Notes under the pieces: model-generated
Seen by the model: only the letters and a program-made list of their open reading frames with translations
What the model was told of the DNA's origin: nothing
Database searches by the model: none
Translations under genes and position numbers: made by a program
Shown: positions 1-10,562 of the stretch, piece after piece
Numbering within the stretch: position 1 is the stretch's first letter
How the letters are laid out: each line of letters begins with the position of its first letter
IMG/VR virus record: IMGVR_UViG_3300050821_001858
Coordinates: 32,001-96,000 of that record
From: a virus
Length of the DNA stretch: 64,000 nt
Direction: 5' to 3' (one strand)

Positions 1-10
1 AACTAATGGG

Positions 11-2173
11 ATGCCTGATGTAGAGGTAGCTGTCGAGGAAGTAACAGCTATCACCATGGTTAAGCGTGGGCAGGTTATTACTTTCGGTTGTAAGTATTAC
101 AAACCGGAACAAGATCATATCCAGTATATTTTGTGTGATGATGAAATAGACCTTCTTAAAAAATTCGTAGCTGTCTGGACTTCCGATGAATGGAAACCTG
201 ATATTATTACGGGCTGGTCTTCGGACATGTTTGATATTCCGTATCTAGTGCGGAGAATTGAGCGTGTTTTAGGACAGAAATGGGTCAAATACCTTTCCCC
301 GTGGGGATTTGTTGAAGAGCGCGAGATTGTTCGTGCTAAAGGTTCGGCTGCGTCGTTTGGTGACCGAGTTGAAAAGGTCTATGAGATCGCTGGTATTACA
401 CAACTTGATTATCTTCAATTGTATAAGAAGTATACCTTTACGAATCATGAGTCCTATGCCCTTAATAACATTGCTCATTATGAATTGAAAGAGAAGAAGG
501 TTGATTACTCGGAATATCGAAATCTAGATGAGTTGTACGAGAAGAATTATACCAAGTTCATTGATTATAACATTCATGATGCCGTGCTGGTCGAGCGTCT
601 AGACAAAAAGATGGGCTTCATTAATCTTGTTCTAGCTTTGACGTATAAAGCTAAGGTAAACATGATTGATACTATGACGACCATTCGTTCATGGGACGTT
701 ATCATTCATAACTACCTTATGGAACGCAAGATTGTCGTCCCCCAATATAAAAAGAAGAATTTCCGTCCGTTTGTAGGTGCATATGTGAAGGATGTACATA
801 TTGGATTACATAAGTGGATTGTCTCGTTTGACGCCACGTCTCTGTATCCATCCGTGATTTCTCAGGTCAATATTTCACCTGAAACATACGTCAAGACGGT
901 ACCGATTGCTTCGGTGGAACATATCATTGAGCGTAAGCTAGTTTCTGAATATGAAGGAGACTTCTCTCTGGCAGCTAATGGTGCTCTATATCGTAAAGAC
1001 GTTCAAGGTTTTCTGGGAGTTCTAGTTGATAAGTTTATAGCTGATCGAAAGATTATCAAAAATAAACAGCTTGCTTTGGAAGTCGAGAAAGAGGAACAAA
1101 AAGTTGAAGGGTTGGATGATGATATCTTAAAGTTATACAACTATCAGTGGGCATTGAAGATTTTGACTAATGGTTTATATGGTGCGCTTGGTAATCAGTA
1201 TTTTCGTTGGTTTGAAGTTATATTTGCTGAGTCAATCACTAAAACTGGTCAGTTGGTTTTGCAATGGGCAGAAACTCATATGAATGCCTATTTGAATAAA
1301 ACGATGAAGACAGAAGGAGTGGACTATATTGTTGCGGGAGATACTGATTCGATCTACGTTAATCTTGGACCGTTGGTGGATAAGTGCGGCATGTCGGGCG
1401 AACGACACGACAAGGTTGTCGAATTCTTGGACAAAGTTTGTAAGACTAAAATTCGACCTTATCTTGACGGACGTATGTTGGAACTTAGCGAGATGCTTAA
1501 ATCGTATCATCACAAGTTTGATATGAAGCAAGAAGCTATTTGTTCGAAGGCTATCTTCCGAGGTAAGAAGATGTACATCTTGAATGTGCATTCTTCGGAA
1601 GGTGTGACTTTTGATGAACCTAAGATTAAGATGAAAGGTATTGAGGCTGTTCGATCCTCGACTCCTATGTCTTGTCGGAATGCGATTAAGGATGCGTTGA
1701 AAATCATTATGAACAAAGAAGAGCCTGCTCTTCATGATTTCATTCGAGACTTTGAAAAGAAGTTTTATGAGATGCCTTTTGTTGATATTGCATTCCCTCG
1801 CACATGTAATAATTTGATGGAGTATTATGATAAAGATAAGTTGATCAAACCAAAGTGTCCTATTGCTGTTCATGGTGCTCATGTTCATAATATGATGCTT
1901 CAGAAACTAGATTTGATAAAGAAATACCCTCTTGTTCGAAATAAGGACAAGATTAAGTTTGCCTATCTCAAAGCTGATAATCCAACTGGTCATAATGTAA
2001 TTGCAATGGGTAATGAGATGCCTGAAGAGTTCAAAATTGAAGAGTATGTTGATCGGGCTCTCCAGTTTGAGAAAGCTTTCTTGTCACCAATTAGGTCTAT
2101 TACTGATGTTATTGGATGGCATGTTAAACCACAAGCAGATGAAAACTTATTTTACGAGGATGCATGGACATGA
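11..2173 (+). CDS. 43: Family B DNA polymerase (T4 gp43-like), probably 5'-truncated by the window edge
   Basis: Exo motifs (FDIPY, YNIHD), SFDATSLYPS, KILTNGLYG, GDTDS, KKMY; no intein or intron break seen. Confidence 0.97.
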   Translation: MPDVEVAVEEVTAITMVKRGQVITFGCKYYKPEQDHIQYILCDDEIDLLKKFVAVWTSDEWKPDIITGWSSDMFDIPYLVRRIERVLGQKWVKYLSPWGFVEEREIVRAKGSAASFGDRVEKVYEIAGITQLDYLQLYKKYTFTNHESYALNNIAHYELKEKKVDYSEYRNLDELYEKNYTKFIDYNIHDAVLVERLDKKMGFINLVLALTYKAKVNMIDTMTTIRSWDVIIHNYLMERKIVVPQYKKKNFRPFVGAYVKDVHIGLHKWIVSFDATSLYPSVISQVNISPETYVKTVPIASVEHIIERKLVSEYEGDFSLAANGALYRKDVQGFLGVLVDKFIADRKIIKNKQLALEVEKEEQKVEGLDDDILKLYNYQWALKILTNGLYGALGNQYFRWFEVIFAESITKTGQLVLQWAETHMNAYLNKTMKTEGVDYIVAGDTDSIYVNLGPLVDKCGMSGERHDKVVEFLDKVCKTKIRPYLDGRMLELSEMLKSYHHKFDMKQEAICSKAIFRGKKMYILNVHSSEGVTFDEPKIKMKGIEAVRSSTPMSCRNAIKDALKIIMNKEEPALHDFIRDFEKKFYEMPFVDIAFPRTCNNLMEYYDKDKLIKPKCPIAVHGAHVHNMMLQKLDLIKKYPLVRNKDKIKFAYLKADNPTGHNVIAMGNEMPEEFKIEEYVDRALQFEKAFLSPIRSITDVIGWHVKPQADENLFYEDAWT

Positions 2174-2421
2174 ATATATTATATGGTAATACAGTAACTT
2201 TTGCAGATATGGGGATCAAATATGATGGTCCGAAACATTTTTATATATACCATTCGACTAGCTGGAATAATTCTGATTTAATGGTAGATATTAATCTTGA
2301 AGATGGAACAATTCACTTTGGAGCGAGATATACTCCTACTTTAGCTGCTGAAACATTTTGGGAAAGTATTTCTGGTGAATATAAAGATTATTTGAAATGG
2401 AAAAGGGATAGAACAAAATGA
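2164..2421 (+). CDS. Hypothetical protein
   Basis: ORF overlapping the gp43 stop. Confidence 0.6.
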   Translation: MDMNILYGNTVTFADMGIKYDGPKHFYIYHSTSWNNSDLMVDINLEDGTIHFGARYTPTLAAETFWESISGEYKDYLKWKRDRTK

Positions 2422-2645
2422 ACACAAAGATAGATGAAACAAATGATTTTGATTTTGGTATAACTTATGAAGATAGGTCTGGTAAGACACCTGATGCTGA
2501 GAAAATTCAACAGTTACTAGCTCTCATTGAGCCTTTGTTGGATAATCTTGCTAAGGACCCTCAAAAGACGACCATCACCTGGGCGAAACGAGGGGAAGTC
2601 ATCACCAAAATCAAGGCGCGAATAAATCAAATCGTGGCGAGCTAA
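2418..2645 (+). CDS. Hypothetical protein (T4-like phage conserved type, DFDFG...LLDNLAKDP)
   Basis: ATGA-coupled ORF between pol and uvsX. Confidence 0.7.
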   Translation: MNTKIDETNDFDFGITYEDRSGKTPDAEKIQQLLALIEPLLDNLAKDPQKTTITWAKRGEVITKIKARINQIVAS

Positions 2646-2649
2646 CCCC

Positions 2650-2678
2650 TTGACTCCCCTACCAAATTGTGCTATCAT
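2650..2678 (+). promoter_or_regulatory. Sigma70-type promoter
   Basis: TTGACT-N17-TATCAT upstream of uvsX. Confidence 0.7.
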
Positions 2679-2813
2679 CTGGCTTCGTAATAGACTTTAT
2701 CCGTCATATGAATGTGAGGATTGTATTGGCATGCGTGAGCATGGTTGCTACTGTGAGTATTATGGAGCTATAGCACCGGGGGTACCACCGGGGAGAATAA
2801 GAAAGGGATTAAG

Positions 2814-3899
2814 ATGGCTACTGGCGAAATGGCTGCGCTGCTAAAGAAGATACAAAGCGTTAATAAGCTTGTTGGAACTGAAATGTTAGAAGATAGTATT
2901 ATCTTCGAAAACGTTGATCCAATTGTAACACCTGTACCGTTGATCAACGTGGCTTTGTCGGGTAGGTTGGATGGGGGACTTTTTCCAGGCACACTCATGA
3001 TTGCTGCTGAATCTAAGCGGTTCAAGAGTGTGTTTGGTCTTATGCTTGCGTCGGCTTATCTTCAGCAAGTTCCAGGGAGTTATTTGGTATTTTATGATAC
3101 TGAGCGAGGCACCCCCAAGGATTATTGGCAATCTGTTGGTATTGATCCTAAGCGTGTTGTTTATAAACAGCCGGATAATATTGAAAGATTGAATGCTGAT
3201 ATGATGCATTTGATCAATAGTCTTGAACCTGAACATGATGGTAAACTCTTCATTTTGATTGATTCGCTTGGTAATCTTCCAAGTATGCATGAGACGGAAG
3301 TTGCTGCTGAGGGTAAAGGTAAAGTTGATATGGCACGTTCAAAGGTGCTTAAGTCACTTTTTCGAACAACTACGTTGCCAATTGTTCAAAAGCGTTGTTA
3401 TTGTGTAGTCATCAATCATGTCTATTCCCAAATGTCAATGTATGCTCCTGTGAAAGTATCCGGGGGTGGTGGTCCAACATATAATTCAAATGATATTTGG
3501 ATTATCGGCAAGCGTGTTGACAGCGAAGGTAAGGGTGAAGAGAAGGTTGTACACGGAAATGAATTCATTATTAATATAGAGAAGTCCCGTATTGTTCGGG
3601 AGCGTTCTCAGTTTCCAATCAATGTAAGTTATACTGAAGGTATTCAGCGTTGGTCGGGTTTGTTTGATATCGCAATGTATGGAGAATTTATTAATGCCGC
3701 GACGACAAAAGGTTGGTACACAACAGATAAAATTGCCTCCCGTGATGGCAAAAAATTTCATCGCGCTGATGTTGAATATGATGACGCTTTCTGGAAAGAA
3801 ATGGTTAACCGAGAAGATTTCAAAGCGTTCATGACAGATTTGTTTACTCTTGGAAATAAACCATTGATTTCATACGATAACGTGTTTAATGAGAACTGA
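2814..3899 (+). CDS. uvsX: UvsX/RecA-like recombinase
   Basis: NVALSGRLDGGL, AAESKRFKS Walker A variant, YDTE, IDSLGNL, VSGGGG. Confidence 0.95.
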   Translation: MATGEMAALLKKIQSVNKLVGTEMLEDSIIFENVDPIVTPVPLINVALSGRLDGGLFPGTLMIAAESKRFKSVFGLMLASAYLQQVPGSYLVFYDTERGTPKDYWQSVGIDPKRVVYKQPDNIERLNADMMHLINSLEPEHDGKLFILIDSLGNLPSMHETEVAAEGKGKVDMARSKVLKSLFRTTTLPIVQKRCYCVVINHVYSQMSMYAPVKVSGGGGPTYNSNDIWIIGKRVDSEGKGEEKVVHGNEFIINIEKSRIVRERSQFPINVSYTEGIQRWSGLFDIAMYGEFINAATTKGWYTTDKIASRDGKKFHRADVEYDDAFWKEMVNREDFKAFMTDLFTLGNKPLISYDNVFNEN

Positions 3900-5298
3900 A
3901 ACATCGATATTATCAAACCTTATTACCAACGAAGAATACATCCGAAAAGTCTTTCCTTATCTCAAAAAAGAGTACTTCATGGACGGTGCTGAAGCTACCG
4001 TTTTCCATGTGATCAAAGAATACTTTGACAAGTACAATAAACGCCCCCTTATTCAGGTAATGCAATCTGAATTGGCGGAATATAACCTGAGTACTAAGGA
4101 ATTTGATCAGGTAAAATCTGTCGTTGAAAGTATTAAGTCTCTTGATAGCGTAAAACCAGATTTGGAGTGGCTTGTTGACACCACAGAACAGTGGTGTCAA
4201 ACGCAAGCTATTCATGGTGCCATCCTTCAGTCGATGGATATCATTTCGGATGACAAAAAACCCCGGAACGCAATTCCGGGGTTGTTGCAAGATGCTTTAG
4301 CGGTTTCATTTAATAGCGACGTTGGACTTGATTTTTATGATCATGCTGATTATTGGTATGATTTAACTCATAGTCGTTTACCGCGTATACCTTTTGATAT
4401 TGATTATCTGAATAAAATCACCAAAGGTGGTTTACTCCCCAAGACGTTGAACATCATTATTGGTGGTGTTGGTTTTGGTAAATCGCTTTGGATGTGTCAT
4501 ATGGCAGGCGCTAACCTGCTACAAGGTAAAAAAGTCTTGTATATTACCATGGAGTTGTCGAAAGAACAAACCATGGAACGTATCTATGCAAATATGTTGA
4601 ATATTTCATTGGATATGATGCCTGATATCCCTAAAGAAATCTTCTTGAAAAAAGTTGAGAAGATGAAGGAAAAGACGGCTGGTCGTCTAAAAGTGGCAGA
4701 GTATCCTACTGGTTCCGCTGGTGCTGCTAACTTTCGACATCTTTTGAATGAACTGAAAGTCAAGCAGAATTTCGTTCCTGATATTGTTTATATCGATTAT
4801 TTGAATATTTGTTGTTCAAGTCGAGTAAAACTTTCGGGGAATCTAGGGATGTATAATTATGTCAAGTCAATTGCTGAAGAAATTCGTGCTCTCGCAGTTG
4901 AACAAAATATCCCTATTATCTCGGCTTCGCAGGTTAACCGTGAAGGGTTTAGATCGTCTGATCCGGGTATGGATGATATTTCGGAATCCTTTGGACTAGC
5001 AGCAACAGCCGATCTGATTATTATCATCATTCTGTCCGAAGAGTTAATAGCTCTAAACCAATATATGGTCAAGCAAGGAAAGAACCGGTACGCTGACGTT
5101 AATCGGTTCAATAAGTTCGTAGTTGGGGTAGATAAACCAAAGATGCGTCTTTATAATGTGGAAGCGCATGCTCAATCGAGAACTATAGAGGAACCAACCG
5201 TTGTTCAATTAGAAGCCCCCGTTGATTATGAGAAGTCTCTTATCGATGCTTTAGGATCGCTGGTTGAACCGGAACCTGAATGGAGTCAATATGGATAA
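3889..5298 (+). CDS. 41: Replicative DNA helicase (T4 gp41-like)
   Basis: GGVGFGKS Walker A, YITMELS, IDYLNI, ISESFGLAATAD, KNRY. Confidence 0.96.
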   Translation: MRTETSILSNLITNEEYIRKVFPYLKKEYFMDGAEATVFHVIKEYFDKYNKRPLIQVMQSELAEYNLSTKEFDQVKSVVESIKSLDSVKPDLEWLVDTTEQWCQTQAIHGAILQSMDIISDDKKPRNAIPGLLQDALAVSFNSDVGLDFYDHADYWYDLTHSRLPRIPFDIDYLNKITKGGLLPKTLNIIIGGVGFGKSLWMCHMAGANLLQGKKVLYITMELSKEQTMERIYANMLNISLDMMPDIPKEIFLKKVEKMKEKTAGRLKVAEYPTGSAGAANFRHLLNELKVKQNFVPDIVYIDYLNICCSSRVKLSGNLGMYNYVKSIAEEIRALAVEQNIPIISASQVNREGFRSSDPGMDDISESFGLAATADLIIIIILSEELIALNQYMVKQGKNRYADVNRFNKFVVGVDKPKMRLYNVEAHAQSRTIEEPTVVQLEAPVDYEKSLIDALGSLVEPEPEWSQYG

Positions 5299-5470
5299 AT
5301 CATCAACAACGTTAGAAGCGCTTTTTTGGGATATGGAACGCGCAATGGTAAAATGTATGAGTTATCATACTTTTTGGAATTATAAAGCTTTGATACCTGA
5401 GGTTAGTAATGGGAGTAATATTACTTCTTTACAATGGGACATGTTGTATAATGTTTACTTTAATGAATGA
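5291..5470 (+). CDS. Small aromatic-rich protein (dispersed family)
   Basis: 59 aa, ends LYNVYFNE. Confidence 0.55.
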   Translation: MDKSSTTLEALFWDMERAMVKCMSYHTFWNYKALIPEVSNGSNITSLQWDMLYNVYFNE

Positions 5471-6015
5471 AGACGGAAAGCAACTTGTTCATGTCCTGAT
5501 TTTGATATACAAGTGTATGTGTATAGTCCTAAATTAAGGAATTCTTGAAAAGCTTTATATTCCCCTTCCTCAAAACCAGTATATCCACAAAATTCATCGA
5601 ATAGAATAATAGTACCATCTCGTAATTGATCTTTAATTGTATTAAGAACATATGAAGTTGAAGAATATAGATCAGCATCCATATGTAAAAAGGCAACTGA
5701 ATCAGTTTGTTCTTTGAGGAAGGTTTCAAGAGTATCTTGAAATAGACCTATCACAAGATGAACGTTGGAGGGTAAGTCTTTCGGAGGATCACATTTAAAA
5801 TGCCCTTTGTCATAGCCGTTACGCCAATTTTCGGGTAATCCTTCGAATGAATCAAAACCATAAACAGTACGATTGGGTAAATGGTTGGCTATTCTTCGGA
5901 TTGAGCCTCCTGTTCCTACTCCAAATTCCATGATCATTCCATCCTCGGAGGATTGAGATAGAATTTCTTCAAGGGTTTTGCCTTCAGTTCCTTCAATTTT
6001 ATCTATGAGTGACAT
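5455..6015 (-). CDS. Class I SAM-dependent methyltransferase (TylF/MycF-like)
   Basis: MEFGVGTG, GFDSFEGLP, LHMDADLYSS, LFDEF; likely start MSLIDK at 6015. Confidence 0.85.
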   Translation of the reverse strand: MSLIDKIEGTEGKTLEEILSQSSEDGMIMEFGVGTGGSIRRIANHLPNRTVYGFDSFEGLPENWRNGYDKGHFKCDPPKDLPSNVHLVIGLFQDTLETFLKEQTDSVAFLHMDADLYSSTSYVLNTIKDQLRDGTIILFDEFCGYTGFEEGEYKAFQEFLNLGLYTYTCISKSGHEQVAFRLHSLK

Positions 6016-6020
6016 AGGAT

Positions 6021-6035
6021 TATTTAGTCTAAATA
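6021..6035. promoter_or_regulatory. Bidirectional T4-late-type promoter (CTAAATA on both strands)
   Basis: Palindrome TATTTAG-T-CTAAATA between divergent ATGs at 6015 and 6040. Confidence 0.6.
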
Positions 6036-6039
6036 ATGA

Positions 6040-8112
6040 ATGTTCCTGATAGATGAAGAAGTCATTTTTGAAGCTGAAGAGCCTAAAGAACAAGAAAAGC
6101 CCCAAAAGCTGACTAAACAGGGTTATTTTGACCATGTAGAGGACTTGATTTTTCGTCATGGAGAAAAAGGTTATAAGGACGCTCTAAAAGTATTGGATAA
6201 AACATATGGGTTTGTTAAGGGAAGAAATAAAGGAATTAACGTCTCTACTAAATTTGACGGTAGTCCGGGAATACTTTGGGGACATGCAAACGGTAAATTC
6301 TTCGTATCCACGAAATCTTTTTTTAATCAATCCCCAAAACTCAATTTTACTACAAACGATATCCAATCCAATCATGGAAAGTCTAAGGGACTTACAACGC
6401 GCCTTCAACAAGCACTGAAATATCTCCCGGAAGTTACTCCTAAGAAGGGTATATTCCGAGGGGATTTGATGTTCACTAAGGATGATATAGAGCACGCCAA
6501 TGGAAATATCAAATTCACTCCAAACACTCTATCATACAATGTACCCGATGCCTCCGAAGAAGGTCAAAAGATTCTTAAGGCTAAGATCGGCATTGTCCCT
6601 CATATGGAATATGAGGAACAGCCTAATGGGTCATTAAAGGCTCGTTTCGATCTTTCCCCTTCTCGGTTTAAGAAGTCTGATAATGTGCATATGATCGATC
6701 CTCAATTGAAGGGTCCTCAGGAAATGCATCCTGAACGAGAAAAAGACTATATTGATAATATTAATCAGGCACAGAAATTAAAATCCGAGTTGGACAGTAA
6801 TCACTCCTTTATGGCGATTGAAGGTCATCAGGATTTATTACTCGGCTATATCAATAATTGCGTCAAGGAAGGCAAGCCCAAGTCAGTTGGGGGCTATATC
6901 TCGTTCTTGACCAAGAAAGCCGGGGAACATATTGGTAGTGTCAAGCAGGACAAAACTAAGAGTAAAGTTCAAAAGGAACTTGATGATGAAATCTTCAAGG
7001 TAAATCAGAATAAAAAGGGTCTTGATACCCTATTCAAGGTACATGGGCATCTTGCGAAGGCAAAGAAAGCCCTTACTGATACCTTAGGCAAGAATTCCCC
7101 CTATAAAGAAACAGTGTTGGATAAACCGGCAAAGCCTGAGGGTTTTGTTGCATCTGTCGATGGTCAACCGGTGAAGCTGGTAGACCGGTCGAAATTCTCT
7201 GCGCAAAATTTCGAATGGAACAATAAGGTTAATCCCGAAGATAATCCTCTTGTTTTGACATTTGGACGTATGAATCCAGCAACAAAGGGTCATGGTAAGC
7301 TTCTCGATAAAGCTGATGACGTTGCTCGTCGTATTGGAGCAAAGGCGAAGACAGTCCTAACCAATACTCAGGATAAGAAGAACAATCCTCTTACTCCCGC
7401 TGAAAAGCTTAAATGGGCAAAGACCCTATTCCCCGGAAAAGATATCGCCTTGGCGTCACCTGATAAAGGGACGATCATTGCTCAGTTGCAACATGCTCAT
7501 CATTCAGGTGTGCAGGATATGACGATTGTTACTGGTTCTGATAAGGCTAAGATGTATCAGGATTTGATCAACAAGTATAATGGTCCAAGTAAAAACCATC
7601 TATTCAACTTCAAGAGAGCCCGGATCGTGGTTGCTAACCGTAATAAGGGTGGTAAACCCGGTAGTGAGGACCCGGAGGATGCATCAGCTACAAGAGCACG
7701 TGATGCAGCTATGAAGGATGATTTCAACGAATTCAAGAAAGTGATGCCTAAGGGAGTGTCGGATGACGCTACCAAGGAAGTATATCATACGGTAAGAGCA
7801 AATGCCGGTGTTGTCAAAATTGACGACAAAACAGATGCTCATGCTTTGGTTATTCTCTCAAAGCGACACGATGATATCGGTAAACAGGCTAAGAAAGAGG
7901 TAGAACGACGTAAAACTCATGGTATCTGGACAGGTCATATTCATGAAGATGGTAATAAAGTAAATGATCCTAATAAGAGATTGTTTGCTACCAAGTCAGC
8001 GTTTGATGCATATGCATCAGATACCCCTGATCAATCAACGAAAATACCTAATTATCAAGCGAACCTTGAAACAATTAGAAAAGTAATGAAAAAGAAAGCC
8101 CTTAAATCCTAA
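6040..8112 (+). CDS. T4-like phage protein with C-terminal cytidylyltransferase-like domain
   Basis: DHVEDL, STKFDGSP, PEGFV..VKLVDR..FS..NF, then TFGRMNPATKGH (HxGH-like). Confidence 0.85.
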   Translation: MFLIDEEVIFEAEEPKEQEKPQKLTKQGYFDHVEDLIFRHGEKGYKDALKVLDKTYGFVKGRNKGINVSTKFDGSPGILWGHANGKFFVSTKSFFNQSPKLNFTTNDIQSNHGKSKGLTTRLQQALKYLPEVTPKKGIFRGDLMFTKDDIEHANGNIKFTPNTLSYNVPDASEEGQKILKAKIGIVPHMEYEEQPNGSLKARFDLSPSRFKKSDNVHMIDPQLKGPQEMHPEREKDYIDNINQAQKLKSELDSNHSFMAIEGHQDLLLGYINNCVKEGKPKSVGGYISFLTKKAGEHIGSVKQDKTKSKVQKELDDEIFKVNQNKKGLDTLFKVHGHLAKAKKALTDTLGKNSPYKETVLDKPAKPEGFVASVDGQPVKLVDRSKFSAQNFEWNNKVNPEDNPLVLTFGRMNPATKGHGKLLDKADDVARRIGAKAKTVLTNTQDKKNNPLTPAEKLKWAKTLFPGKDIALASPDKGTIIAQLQHAHHSGVQDMTIVTGSDKAKMYQDLINKYNGPSKNHLFNFKRARIVVANRNKGGKPGSEDPEDASATRARDAAMKDDFNEFKKVMPKGVSDDATKEVYHTVRANAGVVKIDDKTDAHALVILSKRHDDIGKQAKKEVERRKTHGIWTGHIHEDGNKVNDPNKRLFATKSAFDAYASDTPDQSTKIPNYQANLETIRKVMKKKALKS

Positions 8113-8142
8113 ATACTTTATCTAATTTAAGGGGTGTTTCGA

Positions 8143-9612
8143 ATGAAAAGTTTTAAGAATTTAATCAAAGGATTGAAAGAAGATGAAAACACGACCAGCC
8201 CGCAACCCTATCCGTTTGCCCCTGAAGCCGCTAAGCCAGAAGCCCAAACGAGTAGTCGTAAAAAGGTTCAAGCCAACACGTCCCCATGGTCAAACCAAGA
8301 CGATCCAAACACTATAAAAATCGGCGAGGTAACACCCGTTGATACTGACCCTCAATTGGACACCAAGAATCCAAAGCCGTCAAATGTACCGGTGGGTCAG
8401 AACACTACTGTTGAATCAACAGTTAATGAGGCTGAATATAATCTTTCAACACAAAAGTCTACTCTTGAAAAGGATATGGCATTTGCGAAGTATCATCGTG
8501 ATATAGCTGAAAGGGTCATGGAAATCGTAAAGCGTCGTCAAAAGCACGCTGATCTTCATGGTATTCGTCCATTCGGTAATATGGCTCCGATGCAAACAGA
8601 ATCATCTTCAGGGACTATTGTTCGACACCCTGTAGAAGTCGTCGGACATATTATTGATGCTGCAATGAAGGGTTTAGGTACTGATGCTAGATTGAATATT
8701 CATGTTCCACGTACTGGTGAATTATCTCATGCTCAATCTCGACTAGGTGCTGAAACTAATAAGAATGCTAAGAAGGCTAAGCCAGAAGAAAAGCCTGTTG
8801 CAAAGGAACCAGAAAGGGAGAAGACCGTGAATGATAAGCTGATGGCTGCTGTTGGTAAGATGGGAGAGAATGTCAACGAAGGCTTCATGAAGCGTCGTTA
8901 TAATATCTCGGATATTCATTCGGAAGTAGACAAATTCCATCCTTCTGTCCCCCATGAGAATGTTTTGCAACATATCGATAATAAGACCGCTCATTGGGCT
9001 GATCCTGTACAAAAGTCACAGGCTGCGTCTGATGCAAGCATGTACCATGAGCGTCGTCAGAAAGATTTCCGTAAGTCTCAGTCGTCCCAGAAGCTTACTT
9101 TAGCTTCTCAGGCAACAGATGGTGGTTCGGGTATATCTGAGAACCTGGGAGCTACTAATGATAGTTCGGGTGGTGCTGATGGTGTTGGTACCATTGATAA
9201 GGCAAATGTCAAGAAGAACAAAATTCGTCAAGGTATCGGTAAAGATAGCAAGAGTTCCTTCAATAACAAGAATTGGAATTCCCCCGGTGTTGTTGAAAAC
9301 TTCGGACCTGTTAAGTGGTCAGATTTGAAGGCTTTGAATGAGATAATGGGCTTAATTGACAATCGTAAGCCCGAAGATTTCCCAAAGACTAAAGAAGATT
9401 ACCTTAAGCATGCTATTAAGGCAGACAAGAGTGCCCAAGATGCTGATAAACGAGGTAAGGGATGGCATGCGATGATGTTCCGTCGAATTAGGGATCGTCA
9501 TCTAGTTCATTATATCAATCGAGCAGAACCCGATGAACTTCACAAGCTTCATAAAGCTATGACAACTGAAGAATTTGAAGCTATGATGAAGGATAAATAT
9601 CCAACAAAATAA
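8143..9612 (+). CDS. Probable internal head/virion protein
   Basis: MKSFKNLIKGLKE N-terminus and repeated (L/V/I)xE prohead-protease-like sites; upstream CTAAATA. Confidence 0.55.
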   Translation: MKSFKNLIKGLKEDENTTSPQPYPFAPEAAKPEAQTSSRKKVQANTSPWSNQDDPNTIKIGEVTPVDTDPQLDTKNPKPSNVPVGQNTTVESTVNEAEYNLSTQKSTLEKDMAFAKYHRDIAERVMEIVKRRQKHADLHGIRPFGNMAPMQTESSSGTIVRHPVEVVGHIIDAAMKGLGTDARLNIHVPRTGELSHAQSRLGAETNKNAKKAKPEEKPVAKEPEREKTVNDKLMAAVGKMGENVNEGFMKRRYNISDIHSEVDKFHPSVPHENVLQHIDNKTAHWADPVQKSQAASDASMYHERRQKDFRKSQSSQKLTLASQATDGGSGISENLGATNDSSGGADGVGTIDKANVKKNKIRQGIGKDSKSSFNNKNWNSPGVVENFGPVKWSDLKALNEIMGLIDNRKPEDFPKTKEDYLKHAIKADKSAQDADKRGKGWHAMMFRRIRDRHLVHYINRAEPDELHKLHKAMTTEEFEAMMKDKYPTK

Positions 9613-9629
9613 TAATAAGGAGAAATATA

Positions 9630-10532
9630 ATGACACTTTGGGGAGCAAATGGAGCAGCATCTAGTAATTCAGTCAAATGGGCGGCTGAATCGATTGATGT
9701 TGCATCTGGACACGCTAATATAGTTAGCAACAACACGGCTTTGTATCAGAATACTACCCCTGGTGGATTTCCGTCTGGTCGTAATGCTGGTGCACCGACT
9801 ATTGGACAGTTTGGGGCATCAAAGACCCAGATTAATGCCAAGACAACCAATACCTCTTCGGAAGGTGGTAAAATCACTATTCCAGGCTGGCATTTACGTC
9901 GAGCCGGTGAAGGTGGTATTCAAACTGCACCGACCGGAGCAAATGGTGTATTCACAAATGGTGAATTTATTATCGTTTCGGGTGGTACTGCAAACGGTCG
10001 TTTGTCAGTAACTACAAACTCTCAGGGTAATCTAGTTTCGACTAGCCTTGTAACTCCGGGTTTGTTCGCAAACACTTCGTCCATGGTATTCACTTTTGAG
10101 CGTGATCAACACTTGGGTTCTCCGGGTGTTGCTGTTACTGCACCGGGTGGTGCTTATACCAACGGTGATGTTCTTACTGTAGCAAACGGTTTTGTTAACG
10201 CAGTATATGTTCTTACAACTAATGCTGCTGGTAACATTGCATCTTTAGCTGTTAATGCTGCTGCATCGGGTCCGGGTGGGGCTGGTCTATGGGGTAATGC
10301 GGGTTCCTTTGGTGGAACTGGTAACCTTGTATTCAGTATTGCCAACTCGACTGGTGGAGCATCGCTTGGTACGGGTGCAACATTTACTGGTAATCTTCAG
10401 ACTTCGACTGGTGGAGCGATTAATGCATCGTCTACCGTTCTAGGTGGTCGTGCTGGTCGTGTTCATTATGAAGCTTTGGCAGTTGTGAAGGGTCTAGCAA
10501 ACGGAACTTCTGCACAATTACCTAACACATAA
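9630..10532 (+). CDS. Gly/Asn/Thr-rich virion structural protein
   Basis: MTLWG start, PGW, C-terminal GRAGRVHYEALA motif; strong AGGAG RBS. Confidence 0.7.
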   Translation: MTLWGANGAASSNSVKWAAESIDVASGHANIVSNNTALYQNTTPGGFPSGRNAGAPTIGQFGASKTQINAKTTNTSSEGGKITIPGWHLRRAGEGGIQTAPTGANGVFTNGEFIIVSGGTANGRLSVTTNSQGNLVSTSLVTPGLFANTSSMVFTFERDQHLGSPGVAVTAPGGAYTNGDVLTVANGFVNAVYVLTTNAAGNIASLAVNAAASGPGGAGLWGNAGSFGGTGNLVFSIANSTGGASLGTGATFTGNLQTSTGGAINASSTVLGGRAGRVHYEALAVVKGLANGTSAQLPNT

Positions 10533-10562
10533 TTGTAAATATACAACGGAAAGTGATTGTAA

